Shown here: positions 19,628 through 28,568 of the stretch, piece by piece
Position numbering within the stretch: the stretch's first letter is position 1
How the letters are laid out: the number at the start of each line of letters is the position of its first letter
Source: a virus
Length of the DNA stretch: 64,000 bases
Virus record (IMG/VR): IMGVR_UViG_3300029448_008119
Coordinates: 28,313 to 92,312 of that record
Strand: one strand, 5' to 3'
Notes under the pieces: generated by a model
Told to the model about the DNA's origin: nothing
Databases searched by the model: none
Seen by the model: the letters and a program-made list of their open reading frames with translations, nothing else
Made by a program: the position numbers and the translations under genes

Positions 19628-20177
19628 ATTTTTTTATCTCTGTTAAATGTTTGTTGTGAATATTTATACATCCTTGAATTGATAAGTCAAGCTTTTTCGC
19701 AATTTTTTTCCAAGGAGTGAGTTTTCTCCCATCCTGATATCTCATTCTAAATATTTTTTTAACCCTATCATCTTTCATGGAATCTATCCTATTAAATATT
19801 TTTTTTATTAACTCTTCTTTTTCCATTGTCTTCAACTCGGAATCGCAACTAACAGTATCGTCAAAAATTTCAGAAATACAAGATTGGGGAAATTTAATAT
19901 TTTTATTATAAATATTCAAACACTTCCATCTTGCTAAATTACCTATATATGTGCTGAATTTTGCGTTTTTGGTATCATCAAACTTTATAGCTGCGTCATA
20001 TATACAAAAATCTTTGTCTTGTAGAACGTCTTCTTTATTGAGGCCCTCGCTAGATTCTGGAAGATATTTATTAACCATATCCACATAAATACCAGAGTGT
20101 CTATCAATAAGCTCTCTCATTGATTCTTGGTCTGCATATTTTTTAACCTTATCTATTAAGTATATATCGTTTTCCAT
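19620..20177 (-). CDS. Phage RNA polymerase sigma-70 family factor (regions 2 and 4)
   Basis: EDVLQD...IYDAAIKFDDTKNAKFSTY (region 2) and IFRMRY...WKKIAKKLDLS HTH (region 4). Confidence 0.85.
   Translation of the reverse strand: MENDIYLIDKVKKYADQESMRELIDRHSGIYVDMVNKYLPESSEGLNKEDVLQDKDFCIYDAAIKFDDTKNAKFSTYIGNLARWKCLNIYNKNIKFPQSCISEIFDDTVSCDSELKTMEKEELIKKIFNRIDSMKDDRVKKIFRMRYQDGRKLTPWKKIAKKLDLSIQGCINIHNKHLTEIKKYV
19663..19690 (-). promoter_or_regulatory. Promoter-like TTGACT-N16-TATAAA inside the sigma gene, upstream of ssb
   Basis: Matches the recurrent TTGAC-N16 class. Confidence 0.45.
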
Positions 20178-20731
20178 TGTTTACCATTTTGATTAAGCAT
20201 TTGCCATAATATCTCTGCATGTTGTTCGCATTCTTCCATGTCGTCAGGTTCATATTCTGGCCAAGAATGGCATACGTCTGCCACCTTCTGTACAAGGGGA
20301 TCATTTCTAGCTTCTATTTCGTTTGGTGGTTGATTTCCTATTTTTGATATGTGAACAATTAATCCATCATTCTTTTTTATCTTTTCCGCTTCAAAATCAA
20401 ATCTAACATCAGAGATTATAGGAAAAAAAACGTCTTTGCTGTTTTTGATATTATCTATCACTAGATCTGCCCAAATTGTATCGCCATAAATCTTCTTCAT
20501 GGTTTCTCCGTGACTAACCAAAATATCTCTGATTATTTGTTTTTCTTCTGTATCTTCAGTATATGGGCTTATATTATAATGATCATGAATCACATCTTTC
20601 ATTTGCCACTTTATTCTATCGGCAAAAGATAAAATTTTAACCTCTAAACCTAATTCAGAAGTTATTATCTTGGCCAAATTTTTGGCTAATGTATCTTTAC
20701 CTGCCCTCGCTAGTCCACTTATTCCAATCAT
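20156..20731 (-). CDS. Deoxynucleoside monophosphate kinase
   Basis: IGISGLARAGKDT P-loop, SFADRIK, IISDVRFDFE. Confidence 0.88.
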   Translation of the reverse strand: MIGISGLARAGKDTLAKNLAKIITSELGLEVKILSFADRIKWQMKDVIHDHYNISPYTEDTEEKQIIRDILVSHGETMKKIYGDTIWADLVIDNIKNSKDVFFPIISDVRFDFEAEKIKKNDGLIVHISKIGNQPPNEIEARNDPLVQKVADVCHSWPEYEPDDMEECEQHAEILWQMLNQNGKQWKTIYT

Positions 20732-21018
20732 TTTTTTAAATTTTTAAAAATTTCAGACATAGATCGAGATTCTTTATGCATGCCTATATCTGCTAAAACT
20801 TTATCTATTCTAATCAAAATATCTGAATCTTCAAATTTTTCTTCTATTTTTTTTACCCTTAAACACGGAGATATTAATGCGCCCTCCTTAAGTTCGCCCA
20901 TCACCTTGGTCACAGCTTTATTTGCAGCATCATTTTCGTTTTCGGCCTTCACAATTGTAGACCAGTCAGCGCTAGTACAAAAAAAGAAATCGTTGATATC
21001 TTGTTCTAATTTAATCAT
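20728..21018 (-). CDS. Hypothetical protein
   Basis: 96-aa ORF with ATGA overlap into the kinase gene. Confidence 0.6.
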   Translation of the reverse strand: MIKLEQDINDFFFCTSADWSTIVKAENENDAANKAVTKVMGELKEGALISPCLRVKKIEEKFEDSDILIRIDKVLADIGMHKESRSMSEIFKNLKK

Positions 21019-21129
21019 TAAACATTTAATAAATACATCAAAACAAATAAGTCAAGACAATTTTGTCTTATTATAATATATTTTTATAAATACTTATAAA
21101 ATACTTAAATATTTAATATATATATATTA

Positions 21130-21166
21130 ATTACTCGTCAGCTCACTGCGTTCGCTAACTCGTAAT
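21130..21166 (-). repeat. Imperfect hairpin with two tandem G.A mismatches and a GCA triloop
   Basis: Minus strand ATTAC-GA-GTTAGC-GA-AC-GCA-GT-GA-GCTGAC-GA-GTAAT. Confidence 0.75.
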
Positions 21167-21173
21167 AAACTCT

Positions 21174-21201
21174 ATTTTAACACGAATACACGAAAAGTCA
21201 A
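21174..21201 (-). promoter_or_regulatory. Sigma70-like promoter TTGACT-N16-TAAAAT with TGn extension
   Basis: Near-consensus boxes; spacer carries an ACACGAA direct repeat; predicted start just before the hairpin. Confidence 0.7.
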
Positions 21202-21238
21202 GTGGTAAAAAATATTTTTATGAATTTAAAGAAAATAG

Positions 21239-21266
21239 TTGACTTTTAAATATGACGGTGTAAATT
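21239..21266 (+). promoter_or_regulatory. Dual promoter for nrdB: TTGACT-N16-TAAATT overlapping GTGTAA
   Basis: TTGACT 21239-21244, GTGTAA 21258-21263, ATG 21274. Confidence 0.65.
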
Positions 21267-21273
21267 TAGGCGT

Positions 21274-22245
21274 ATGTTATTTGAAGAACAGGTATCGAGG
21301 AAACCAAATTTATATCCCTGGACGGATGAATTTGTAAACGCCATGCATAATGGCTTTTGGACTGACAAAGAATTTAACTTCCAGTCTGATGTACAAGATT
21401 TTAAAGTAAATCTAAATGACCAAGAGAGAGAAATTATAAAGAGAACTCTCTCTGCTATTGGTCAAGTTGAGGTTTCCGTTAAGAAGTTTTGGGCTAATTT
21501 GGGTAACCATTTGCCACACCCAGGAATCACTGACCTTGGATATGTTATGGCCAACATTGAAGTTATCCATAATAATGCTTATGAGCGCCTACTAAGCGTG
21601 CTTGAATTGGAAGACGTTTTTGAAGAAAACCTCAAACTTCCTATCATTAAGGGGCGGATTGATTATCTAAAAAAATATCTAGAAAAATGCTACAAGGATG
21701 ACAAGAAACAGTATATTTACTCAATGATTTTGTTCACTTTGTTTGTTGAAAATGTTTCGTTGTTTAGCCAGTTCTATATCATTAATTGGTTCAATAGATT
21801 TGACAATGTGCTTAAGGACACTGCTCAGCAAGTAGCTTACACAAGCCGTGAAGAAAATATTCATGGACTAGTTGGCACAAAAATCTTAAATACCTTAAGA
21901 GAGGAATACCCAGAGCTATTTAACGCCGATCTACCAGATAGATTAAAGGAAGAGGCTCAATGTGCCTTCGAAGCGGAGTCTAATATTATTGATTGGATTA
22001 TTGGCGATTATGATAGAGAAGGCCTCAATGCAGGCATTTTAAAAGAATTTATTAAAAACAGACTAAATGAATCTTTAGAACAAATTGGGTTCGAAAAGGT
22101 TTTTGATGTTGACAAAGATAAAATAAACCTTACTATGTGGTTTGATGAAGATGTATTAGGCAATTCCGCCACCGACTTCTTCTTCAAGCGTCCTGTCGAA
22201 TATTCGAAAAAGGACAAATCATTTGACGAAGACGATTTATTTTAA
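21274..22245 (+). CDS. nrdB: Ribonucleotide reductase small subunit, class Id-like
   Basis: QVEVSVKKFW, EVIHNNAY, VENVSLFSQF, EENIH metal ligands; DFFFKRPVEY tail. Confidence 0.95.
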   Translation: MLFEEQVSRKPNLYPWTDEFVNAMHNGFWTDKEFNFQSDVQDFKVNLNDQEREIIKRTLSAIGQVEVSVKKFWANLGNHLPHPGITDLGYVMANIEVIHNNAYERLLSVLELEDVFEENLKLPIIKGRIDYLKKYLEKCYKDDKKQYIYSMILFTLFVENVSLFSQFYIINWFNRFDNVLKDTAQQVAYTSREENIHGLVGTKILNTLREEYPELFNADLPDRLKEEAQCAFEAESNIIDWIIGDYDREGLNAGILKEFIKNRLNESLEQIGFEKVFDVDKDKINLTMWFDEDVLGNSATDFFFKRPVEYSKKDKSFDEDDLF

Positions 22246-22247
22246 TT

Positions 22248-22454
22248 ATGGATTATTTAGAAGCGATATTACAAAAACTAATTGGCCAAAAGGCCATAGA
22301 AACACAAGATTTAATGATATACCTTAGCAACCCAGTTGGGGTTGGAGAGCACTCTAATATAGGCGAAGAGGTAGAAAAAAAGGTATCTAATATAGATCAA
22401 ATCAGTTCAAAAATTGATACTATTCAAGAATTACTCAAAACATTAAATCAATAA
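22248..22454 (+). CDS. Small phage protein with NPVGVGEH motif
   Basis: 68-aa helical hairpin ORF between nrdB and nrdA. Confidence 0.65.
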   Translation: MDYLEAILQKLIGQKAIETQDLMIYLSNPVGVGEHSNIGEEVEKKVSNIDQISSKIDTIQELLKTLNQ

Positions 22455-22455
22455 A

Positions 22456-24105
22456 ATGAACAAAGATTATTACTGGCTAAATAAGGATTCAAGAACTTTC
22501 CTTAAAAGGGGTTATCTAGAAGATGGCGAAACTCCAGAAGAAAGAATAGCCACCGTAGCTGACGCTGCTCAAAAAATTCTAGCCATACCTGGATTCTCTG
22601 AAAAGTTTCAAAGCTATATGGCAAAAGGATGGTACTCCCTGTCATCACCCATTTGGGCTAACTTTGGAAAAGAAAGAGGATTGCCGATTTCTTGCTTTGG
22701 TTCTTACATAGAGGACACAATGGAAGCCATCCTAAAGAAAAGCTCAGAGGTTGGCATGATGACGAAAGGCGGAGGAGGAACCTCTGGATATTTTGGAGAA
22801 CTCAGAGAAAGAGGTGCCGAAATAAGCAGCGGAGGCAAATCAAATGGGCCAGTTCATTTTTTAGAAATTTTCGAAACGATAGCAAACGTAGTTTCACAAT
22901 CCAATGTTCGCAGGGGTAGCTTTGCCGCTTACTTGCCAGTAGAGCACTCAGACATTTTGGAATTCCTACAAATCAGAGGAGATGGTAACGCCATACAGAA
23001 TCTATCAATAGGTGTCACAATTACGGACACCTGGATGAAAGAGATGCTTGCTGGGGACAAAGACAAGCGTAAGGTATGGGGAGCTATCATCAAAAAAAGA
23101 TTTGAAAGCGGATACCCTTATGTTATGTTTAAAAACGCTGTTAACAGAAATTCTCCCCAAGTCTATAGAGACAAGGGGATGGATATTCATGCAAGTAATC
23201 TGTGCTCAGAAATAGCACTTCATTCAAACAAAGATGAATCGTTTGTATGCAATCTTTCTTCCATGAACTTACTTCATTACGAAGAATGGAAAGATACGGA
23301 CGCAGTCGAAACTCTCACTTACTTCTTAGATGCGGTAATGACCGAGTTCATCGACAAATGTAAAGGTAAGCCATTCATGGAAGCTCCAATGAATTTTGCG
23401 AAGAATCAAAGAGCGCTTGGTATAGGTGTGCTAGGCTGGCACTCCCTCTTACAATCAAGGATGATTTCATTTGAGTCAATGAAGGCTAAGTTTTTGAATA
23501 CAGAAATTCATAAAGTAATACAAGAAAAATCTCAATATGCCACGGAACAGCTGGCAGAGGTTTATGGAGAGCCCCCCTTGCTAAAAGGATATGGCAAGAG
23601 AAATGTTACCACAATGGCGATTGCACCTACAACCTCTAGCTCATTTATTCTTGGGCAAGTATCTCCGAGCATTGAGCCGTTAAATAGTAATTATTTTGTA
23701 AAAGATCTAGCCAAGGGTAAATTTACATATAAGAATCCATACCTAGAATCATTGCTTGAAGAAAAAGAAAAAAATACACCAGAGATATGGAAAGATATTC
23801 TAGTTAAAGGCGGTTCGGTTCAGCATTTAAAGTTCTTTTCAGATGATGAAAAAGCCGTTTTTAAGACATTTGGTGAAATAAGTCAAAAAGAAGTCTTGAT
23901 TCAAGCTGCTCAACGTCAAAAGTTTATTGACCAATCTCAAAGTTTAAATATCATGGTTCATCCTAAATCTTCTCCAAAAGATGTCAGCCAACTAATGATT
24001 TTTGCTTGGGAACAGGGAGTCAAAAGCCTATACTATCAAAGAGGGACTAACCCATCACAAGAATTGAGTAGAAATTTATTAGAATGTCAATCTTGCTCTG
24101 GTTAA
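22456..24105 (+). CDS. nrdA: Ribonucleotide reductase large subunit, no ATP cone
   Basis: PISCF, SNLCSEI, VCNLSS, AIAPTTSSS, KSLYY, C-terminal CQSC; only 549 aa. Confidence 0.96.
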   Translation: MNKDYYWLNKDSRTFLKRGYLEDGETPEERIATVADAAQKILAIPGFSEKFQSYMAKGWYSLSSPIWANFGKERGLPISCFGSYIEDTMEAILKKSSEVGMMTKGGGGTSGYFGELRERGAEISSGGKSNGPVHFLEIFETIANVVSQSNVRRGSFAAYLPVEHSDILEFLQIRGDGNAIQNLSIGVTITDTWMKEMLAGDKDKRKVWGAIIKKRFESGYPYVMFKNAVNRNSPQVYRDKGMDIHASNLCSEIALHSNKDESFVCNLSSMNLLHYEEWKDTDAVETLTYFLDAVMTEFIDKCKGKPFMEAPMNFAKNQRALGIGVLGWHSLLQSRMISFESMKAKFLNTEIHKVIQEKSQYATEQLAEVYGEPPLLKGYGKRNVTTMAIAPTTSSSFILGQVSPSIEPLNSNYFVKDLAKGKFTYKNPYLESLLEEKEKNTPEIWKDILVKGGSVQHLKFFSDDEKAVFKTFGEISQKEVLIQAAQRQKFIDQSQSLNIMVHPKSSPKDVSQLMIFAWEQGVKSLYYQRGTNPSQELSRNLLECQSCSG

Positions 24106-24111
24106 GTGTAA
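24106..24111 (+). promoter_or_regulatory. GTGTAA putative late promoter element
   Basis: 9 nt before ATG 24121. Confidence 0.7.
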
Positions 24112-24120
24112 ATATCTCAT

Positions 24121-24432
24121 ATGGAGCTAGATTTTTCAGATCAAATTAAAAGTAACTCGAGTCTTTGGGAAAATATTCGCAAAAAAAAAGAGCGCATCAA
24201 GCGAGGCTCTAAAGAGAAAATGCGCAAACCTGGAGAAAAGGGTGCACCTACAAAAGAGCAAATAGAAAGAGCTAAGGGAGAAAAAAAGGTCATCGACGAG
24301 GAGAAAGACTTTAAACCGCACATGATGTATGATCCAAAAACAGGTAAAGGCTATGAAGCGAAAACCTACAAGGATCATTTAAAAATGAAAGACATGGGAT
24401 ATACCCATGAAAAGCCTAATAAAAAAGTGTAA
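24121..24432 (+). CDS. Small basic protein with MELDFS N-terminus (candidate internal head protein)
   Basis: Very Lys-rich; two short modules (LWENIRKKK..KMRKPGEKGAPT; FKPHMMYDPKTGKGY..HLKMKDMGYTH). Confidence 0.55.
   Translation: MELDFSDQIKSNSSLWENIRKKKERIKRGSKEKMRKPGEKGAPTKEQIERAKGEKKVIDEEKDFKPHMMYDPKTGKGYEAKTYKDHLKMKDMGYTHEKPNKKV
24427..24432 (+). promoter_or_regulatory. GTGTAA element formed by the last codons (GTG TAA) of the upstream gene
   Basis: 8 nt before ATG 24441. Confidence 0.6.
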
Positions 24433-24440
24433 ATCACTTT

Positions 24441-24791
24441 ATGGCAGCAGGAACCTTTAACATAACAATAGAAAAAAGAGCTTCTTTTTCGTTTGAGACT
24501 ACTTTTACGCAAGCTGATAATACGCCACTAGATCTCTCAAACAGAACTCTTTCTGGAGAAATTAGACGAAATTTTGACAATGGCCTAGAAGCAACTTTTA
24601 CCATTGCCAAAACAAATGCGTCAGGCGGAATTGCAACCATTTCTCTGTCAAAGGTAAAAACAGCCTCTTTGACGGAAAGTCCATGCACTTATGATGTATT
24701 TGCTGACCATCTCTCAGACGGAAGCTCTATAAAATTACTTACTGGATCTGTAACTATTATTAAAAATATAACTTCAGCTAACCTTATCTAA
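24441..24791 (+). CDS. Small Ig-like virion adaptor protein
   Basis: FNITIEKRASF..F....PLDLS.....EIR...IATISLS...T..L....YDV......LLTGSVTI pattern typical of fibre adaptor / BppU-N-like proteins. Confidence 0.6.
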   Translation: MAAGTFNITIEKRASFSFETTFTQADNTPLDLSNRTLSGEIRRNFDNGLEATFTIAKTNASGGIATISLSKVKTASLTESPCTYDVFADHLSDGSSIKLLTGSVTIIKNITSANLI

Positions 24792-24795
24792 TAAT

Positions 24796-27324
24796 ATGGC
24801 AGAAATAAAAGTAACAATTACGGAACAAGTTAATCCGTCTGTAACGATAAACACAATTGCTAGTTCTTCTTTATCTCAATCCCTTTCGGCTAATAGCAAT
24901 CAACTATCTTCGCTAAACACAGCTACTGGCGTGCTGTCTTCAAAACAAGGACAGCAACAACAGGCAATACTTGACCTTGAGGACGCAACTGGTCTACTTA
25001 ACACAGCAACGGGTGCACTTGATAGTAGCTTTTCGGGTTTACTGGTAGACGCCGATCTTAAGAACTTGACCGTTACTGGGGATACAACATTTAACAAAAC
25101 AGTTAATATATTTCCACCACAAGGCAGAGCAATTACTGCACGAGCTACAAATTCAAACAATGCAGCTATACAAGTTGTTTTTGAAGGCCCAACAACTGTT
25201 GGCCACGATCTTTTCAAAAAAGGCGGATTTACAAATGGATTTGGCGATGGTTCTAATCATTTTCACGACTTAACGGATATAAATCGCATCGAACAAGCTC
25301 CCGAAGGAGACGTTAAAAACTTAGAGCGTGTTCAAGAAAGATATTACGCCATAACAAATAACAACCTAGCAAACGGTAACGCGGCTTTTTGGGCTTGGCA
25401 TAGGGTAGCTAGAAAAATCAGCACGTCCAACGTAGATACTAGTAGTGCCACATTAGATGTCTCTGCTTTACAAAATTCATCTAATCGTCAGTCAGACTTT
25501 CAATTCCCTTTTAGATCTAACACAAGTCCAAGTAGAAAATCCGAAGAAATAGTTATCACCCTAAACGGCCATTCGTTTTCTGACGGAGATACCATAAGAA
25601 TGATATTTGGACAATCTTTTGAAGGGCCAATTGTAGCAGCTGGGCTTTTTGGTATAATTGTAAGCTCAACTACAAATACAATTAACGTCGAACTGTATGG
25701 AGGTAACTATAAAACAACTAGTGAAGTTCCATTAGGAACTAATCAAACTGCTCTAAGTTTTGATTTTGTTACTCTTCAATCTATTGGCACAGATACACTA
25801 GTTCAAAATAACAACAAATCCGATTTTCAACATTATGCCAATACAAATTTTACCCCAAATAGACTAAGAAACAATACAGTAAAAGCCACCTGGACATCTG
25901 ATCACGGACTCAAAAAAAACGAAACGCTAATGATAATTACCGACGGCAGGGCCAGTATTGATGGGTCTGACGGTTTAGAGATAAAACAAGGCGGTTATGT
26001 TCTTGATCCAGATCCAGACGGAGACGGTAATAGTGCTATAATAGCATATGGCCGAAGGGTTGATACAATAGATATTTCTCCGTTTTCTGCATTTGGTAAC
26101 ACTAATTGGTCAATACATAAAGGAAGTATAGACGGCATTCACGATGATACCTTAGGAGACAACTTATTTAATTTTAACGCAAATAATGTTGGTGAATATA
26201 AACAGTATCAAATTGGCCCAGGTTGTGAAACTGATGCCGATTGTATTTCAATTGGCAAAAATGTTTATAACAGAGACGCTTCTACAATTAAGATTGGTTA
26301 TGACAATCAAATGCTTGATATTAGATCTGATGGCGTTGTAGTTGATGGATCTATAAGTTTAAACGCTGGCGATATTCAGCCAGAAATTACTGCCCCAGGC
26401 ACGGGAACTGCGCTAGGCGGGTCGGTAGCAGGAAACGATATCAGAATAGATGCAGGCATGACAGCTGGTAATGGCTCAACGGGTGGTAATTTATTTCTAA
26501 ATGGAGGCAAAGCTCTTCAAGTCGCAGGTCAAACTGTTACAGATGGCAAAGTCTCAATAGGCGCCGACCATACAGAAAAGCTAGAAATTACTCCAAATAC
26601 AGATATTTTTGGAAACCTAAACGTTTCAGGCGAGATTGCGACAACTGGAATTATAAGAAGCAACAAACTTAATGTTTCTACTGGCAAGCTTTTTGTTGAT
26701 GACGATAGCACTAATTATTCAGTTAAAATTGGAGCTTATGGTCAAGGGACATTCTTTGGTAAAGATGGTGCAGAAAATGGAGCTCAATATACTTTAGCAG
26801 TAGGAACTGGAGGCAAAATATGTGAAGACCTTAGAGTACAAACTTTTAAAATTAGTGGAGATGGCTTCTTAAACTTAAATGCATCTCCCAAAACCCTTAT
26901 TGCTACTCCTGGTGCTGGCAAGGCAATTCGCGTCCACGACATTTGCTTTTATGTAGACCACAATGGAAATAAAGGCGTGGGCGCTGGAGGCTTCGATCAA
27001 GGCAGCGAAGCATGTTATAATGTTGGTATACACAGCGATACTACATATGCTTCTAATGAACAATTTTATGCAATGGCTGGACTTCCAAGAAATATACTTA
27101 ATTCAGAGCCTGGCGATTTTATATGGGCTGGAGAACCAGATGATGATTTTAGAGTTTTGCCTAATAGAGCCTTGTTGTTAAAATCACCAGCGACAAATGA
27201 AATAACAACTTCAAATACCGCCGCAAAACCAGGCGGAGCACATTACATTAAGATTAGGTATCAAATCTTAAATTTGTCTTCAGATTTTCAAAATGTTGCA
27301 AATTTAACTACAATTACTAGTTAA
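24796..27324 (+). CDS. Virion fibre / spike-like protein
   Basis: 842 aa; N-terminal coiled coil with LNTATG repeats, beta-rich Gly/Asn/Thr body, follows the adaptor gene. Confidence 0.6.
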   Translation: MAEIKVTITEQVNPSVTINTIASSSLSQSLSANSNQLSSLNTATGVLSSKQGQQQQAILDLEDATGLLNTATGALDSSFSGLLVDADLKNLTVTGDTTFNKTVNIFPPQGRAITARATNSNNAAIQVVFEGPTTVGHDLFKKGGFTNGFGDGSNHFHDLTDINRIEQAPEGDVKNLERVQERYYAITNNNLANGNAAFWAWHRVARKISTSNVDTSSATLDVSALQNSSNRQSDFQFPFRSNTSPSRKSEEIVITLNGHSFSDGDTIRMIFGQSFEGPIVAAGLFGIIVSSTTNTINVELYGGNYKTTSEVPLGTNQTALSFDFVTLQSIGTDTLVQNNNKSDFQHYANTNFTPNRLRNNTVKATWTSDHGLKKNETLMIITDGRASIDGSDGLEIKQGGYVLDPDPDGDGNSAIIAYGRRVDTIDISPFSAFGNTNWSIHKGSIDGIHDDTLGDNLFNFNANNVGEYKQYQIGPGCETDADCISIGKNVYNRDASTIKIGYDNQMLDIRSDGVVVDGSISLNAGDIQPEITAPGTGTALGGSVAGNDIRIDAGMTAGNGSTGGNLFLNGGKALQVAGQTVTDGKVSIGADHTEKLEITPNTDIFGNLNVSGEIATTGIIRSNKLNVSTGKLFVDDDSTNYSVKIGAYGQGTFFGKDGAENGAQYTLAVGTGGKICEDLRVQTFKISGDGFLNLNASPKTLIATPGAGKAIRVHDICFYVDHNGNKGVGAGGFDQGSEACYNVGIHSDTTYASNEQFYAMAGLPRNILNSEPGDFIWAGEPDDDFRVLPNRALLLKSPATNEITTSNTAAKPGGAHYIKIRYQILNLSSDFQNVANLTTITS

Positions 27325-27332
27325 AAAAATTT

Positions 27333-27620
27333 ATGTCCGAAAACCAAGATAGACTAACCCGAATAGAAGAGAAGGTTGATAAATTATCAGATGCCATTAT
27401 CTCTATAGCCAGAGCCGAAGAAAAGTTAATTCAGCTAGGTACTTTAACTGACGTACTGTTCAAAAAAATAGAGGACATGAACTCAAGGATGATGGATATG
27501 GAAAAATCCGTAGCTGAAACAAAAGCTTTTATGAGTGGTTTTAATAAAGTTACTTGGGTTTTTATTAGTGGATTATTGACGACCGTAGCTGCTGCTATAG
27601 TATATAAACTCTGGGGTTAA
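27333..27620 (+). CDS. Coiled-coil protein with C-terminal transmembrane helix (holin / XhlA-like)
   Basis: RLTRIEEKVDKL heptads and WVFISGLLTTVAAAIVY segment. Confidence 0.55.
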   Translation: MSENQDRLTRIEEKVDKLSDAIISIARAEEKLIQLGTLTDVLFKKIEDMNSRMMDMEKSVAETKAFMSGFNKVTWVFISGLLTTVAAAIVYKLWG

Positions 27621-27635
27621 AATTTTTTAAAAAAA

Positions 27636-27641
27636 GTGTAA
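27636..27641 (+). promoter_or_regulatory. GTGTAA putative late promoter element heading the 27653-33028 gene run
   Basis: 11 nt before ATG 27653. Confidence 0.7.
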
Positions 27642-27652
27642 TACTATATATC

Positions 27653-28567
27653 ATGGAACTAGATTTTTCAGAAGAACTTCAAGCTGGCAGAGCAGGACCT
27701 AAAAGTGCCGCTCAAACCCCAGCTAAACCAGAAGAAAGAAAGAAGGGCTCTTCTGTAAATGAGCCTGGTTCCGCTGCTGGCGCAATTACCTTTAGTGAAA
27801 AAGTCACAACAGCTCTCAAAAACAAAGTAAAAAAGCACAACGAAAAACACTCCAAAAAGGTAACTTTAGGAATGTTGAAAAAAATATATCGTAGGGGTGC
27901 GGGAGCCTTTTCCACTTCACATAGACCAGGCCAAACCAGAGGAAGCTGGGCGATGGCTAGAGTAAATATGTTTCTAAAGATGGTTCGCGGCGGTAAGGTA
28001 AAGAAATCTTATAGAGCAGCAGATCAAGATGTAGCAAAAGCTTCAGAAGAAGAACTCCTTAACTTAGCAGACGTATTTAGTGAGTGGAGTCCAGGAGATT
28101 TCTCAGAAGCTAGAGATATTTCAAATGTACAATTCGCTTTAGCTAGAATTGATTTATTAGGCGCAGGTGCAACTCCAACAGAAATGTTAGAGGGAGATGC
28201 ATCCCAAGATTTTATATTAGAAGCTAAAGAAAAAAAAACTTTAAATAAACCATTTAGACTTCCAAGCGGTTCGAAAAAAAAGTTTGGAGTTTATGTTAAA
28301 AACGAAAAAGGTAACGTTGTTAAGGTAACCTTTGGCGATCCAAACATGGAAATTAAAAGAGACGACCCAGAGCGTCGTAAATCATTTAGAGCTAGACATC
28401 AATGCGATACAAATCCTGGCCCCAAATATAAAGCACGATATTGGTCTTGTAAACAATGGAGAGCTGGTAAAAAAGTAGAAGGGTCTGAAGAACTTGAATC
28501 TGATGCCTCACTTCTTCTTATAGATCCTAAATTAGCTGAAGCTCCAACTATTCAAGAAAAAGAATAG
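27653..28567 (+). CDS. Modular basic protein with MELDFS N-terminus (candidate internal head protein)
   Basis: Basic modules (KIYRRGAGAFSTSHRPG..WAMARVN; LNKPFR..VTFGDPNM..RRKSFRARHQC..RYWSC) separated by acidic linkers. Confidence 0.55.
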   Translation: MELDFSEELQAGRAGPKSAAQTPAKPEERKKGSSVNEPGSAAGAITFSEKVTTALKNKVKKHNEKHSKKVTLGMLKKIYRRGAGAFSTSHRPGQTRGSWAMARVNMFLKMVRGGKVKKSYRAADQDVAKASEEELLNLADVFSEWSPGDFSEARDISNVQFALARIDLLGAGATPTEMLEGDASQDFILEAKEKKTLNKPFRLPSGSKKKFGVYVKNEKGNVVKVTFGDPNMEIKRDDPERRKSFRARHQCDTNPGPKYKARYWSCKQWRAGKKVEGSEELESDASLLLIDPKLAEAPTIQEKE

Positions 28568-28568
28568 A

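Larger units (their letters stand above)
21040..21250. other. Candidate replication origin: AT-rich tract, inverted repeats, strand-specific hairpin, divergent promoters
   Basis: Longest intergenic gap in the window, at a strand switch; nearly pure A/T 21068-21133; AAGACAA-TT-TTGTCTT palindrome; AAAAGTCAA/TTGACTTTT inverted pair. Confidence 0.5.

Noticed and set aside
21026-21055. TTGACT(-) at 21050-21055 as promoter for the 21018 gene
   Set aside because: No convincing -10 box at 16-17 bp spacing, so it was left out of the promoter list although it may be functional
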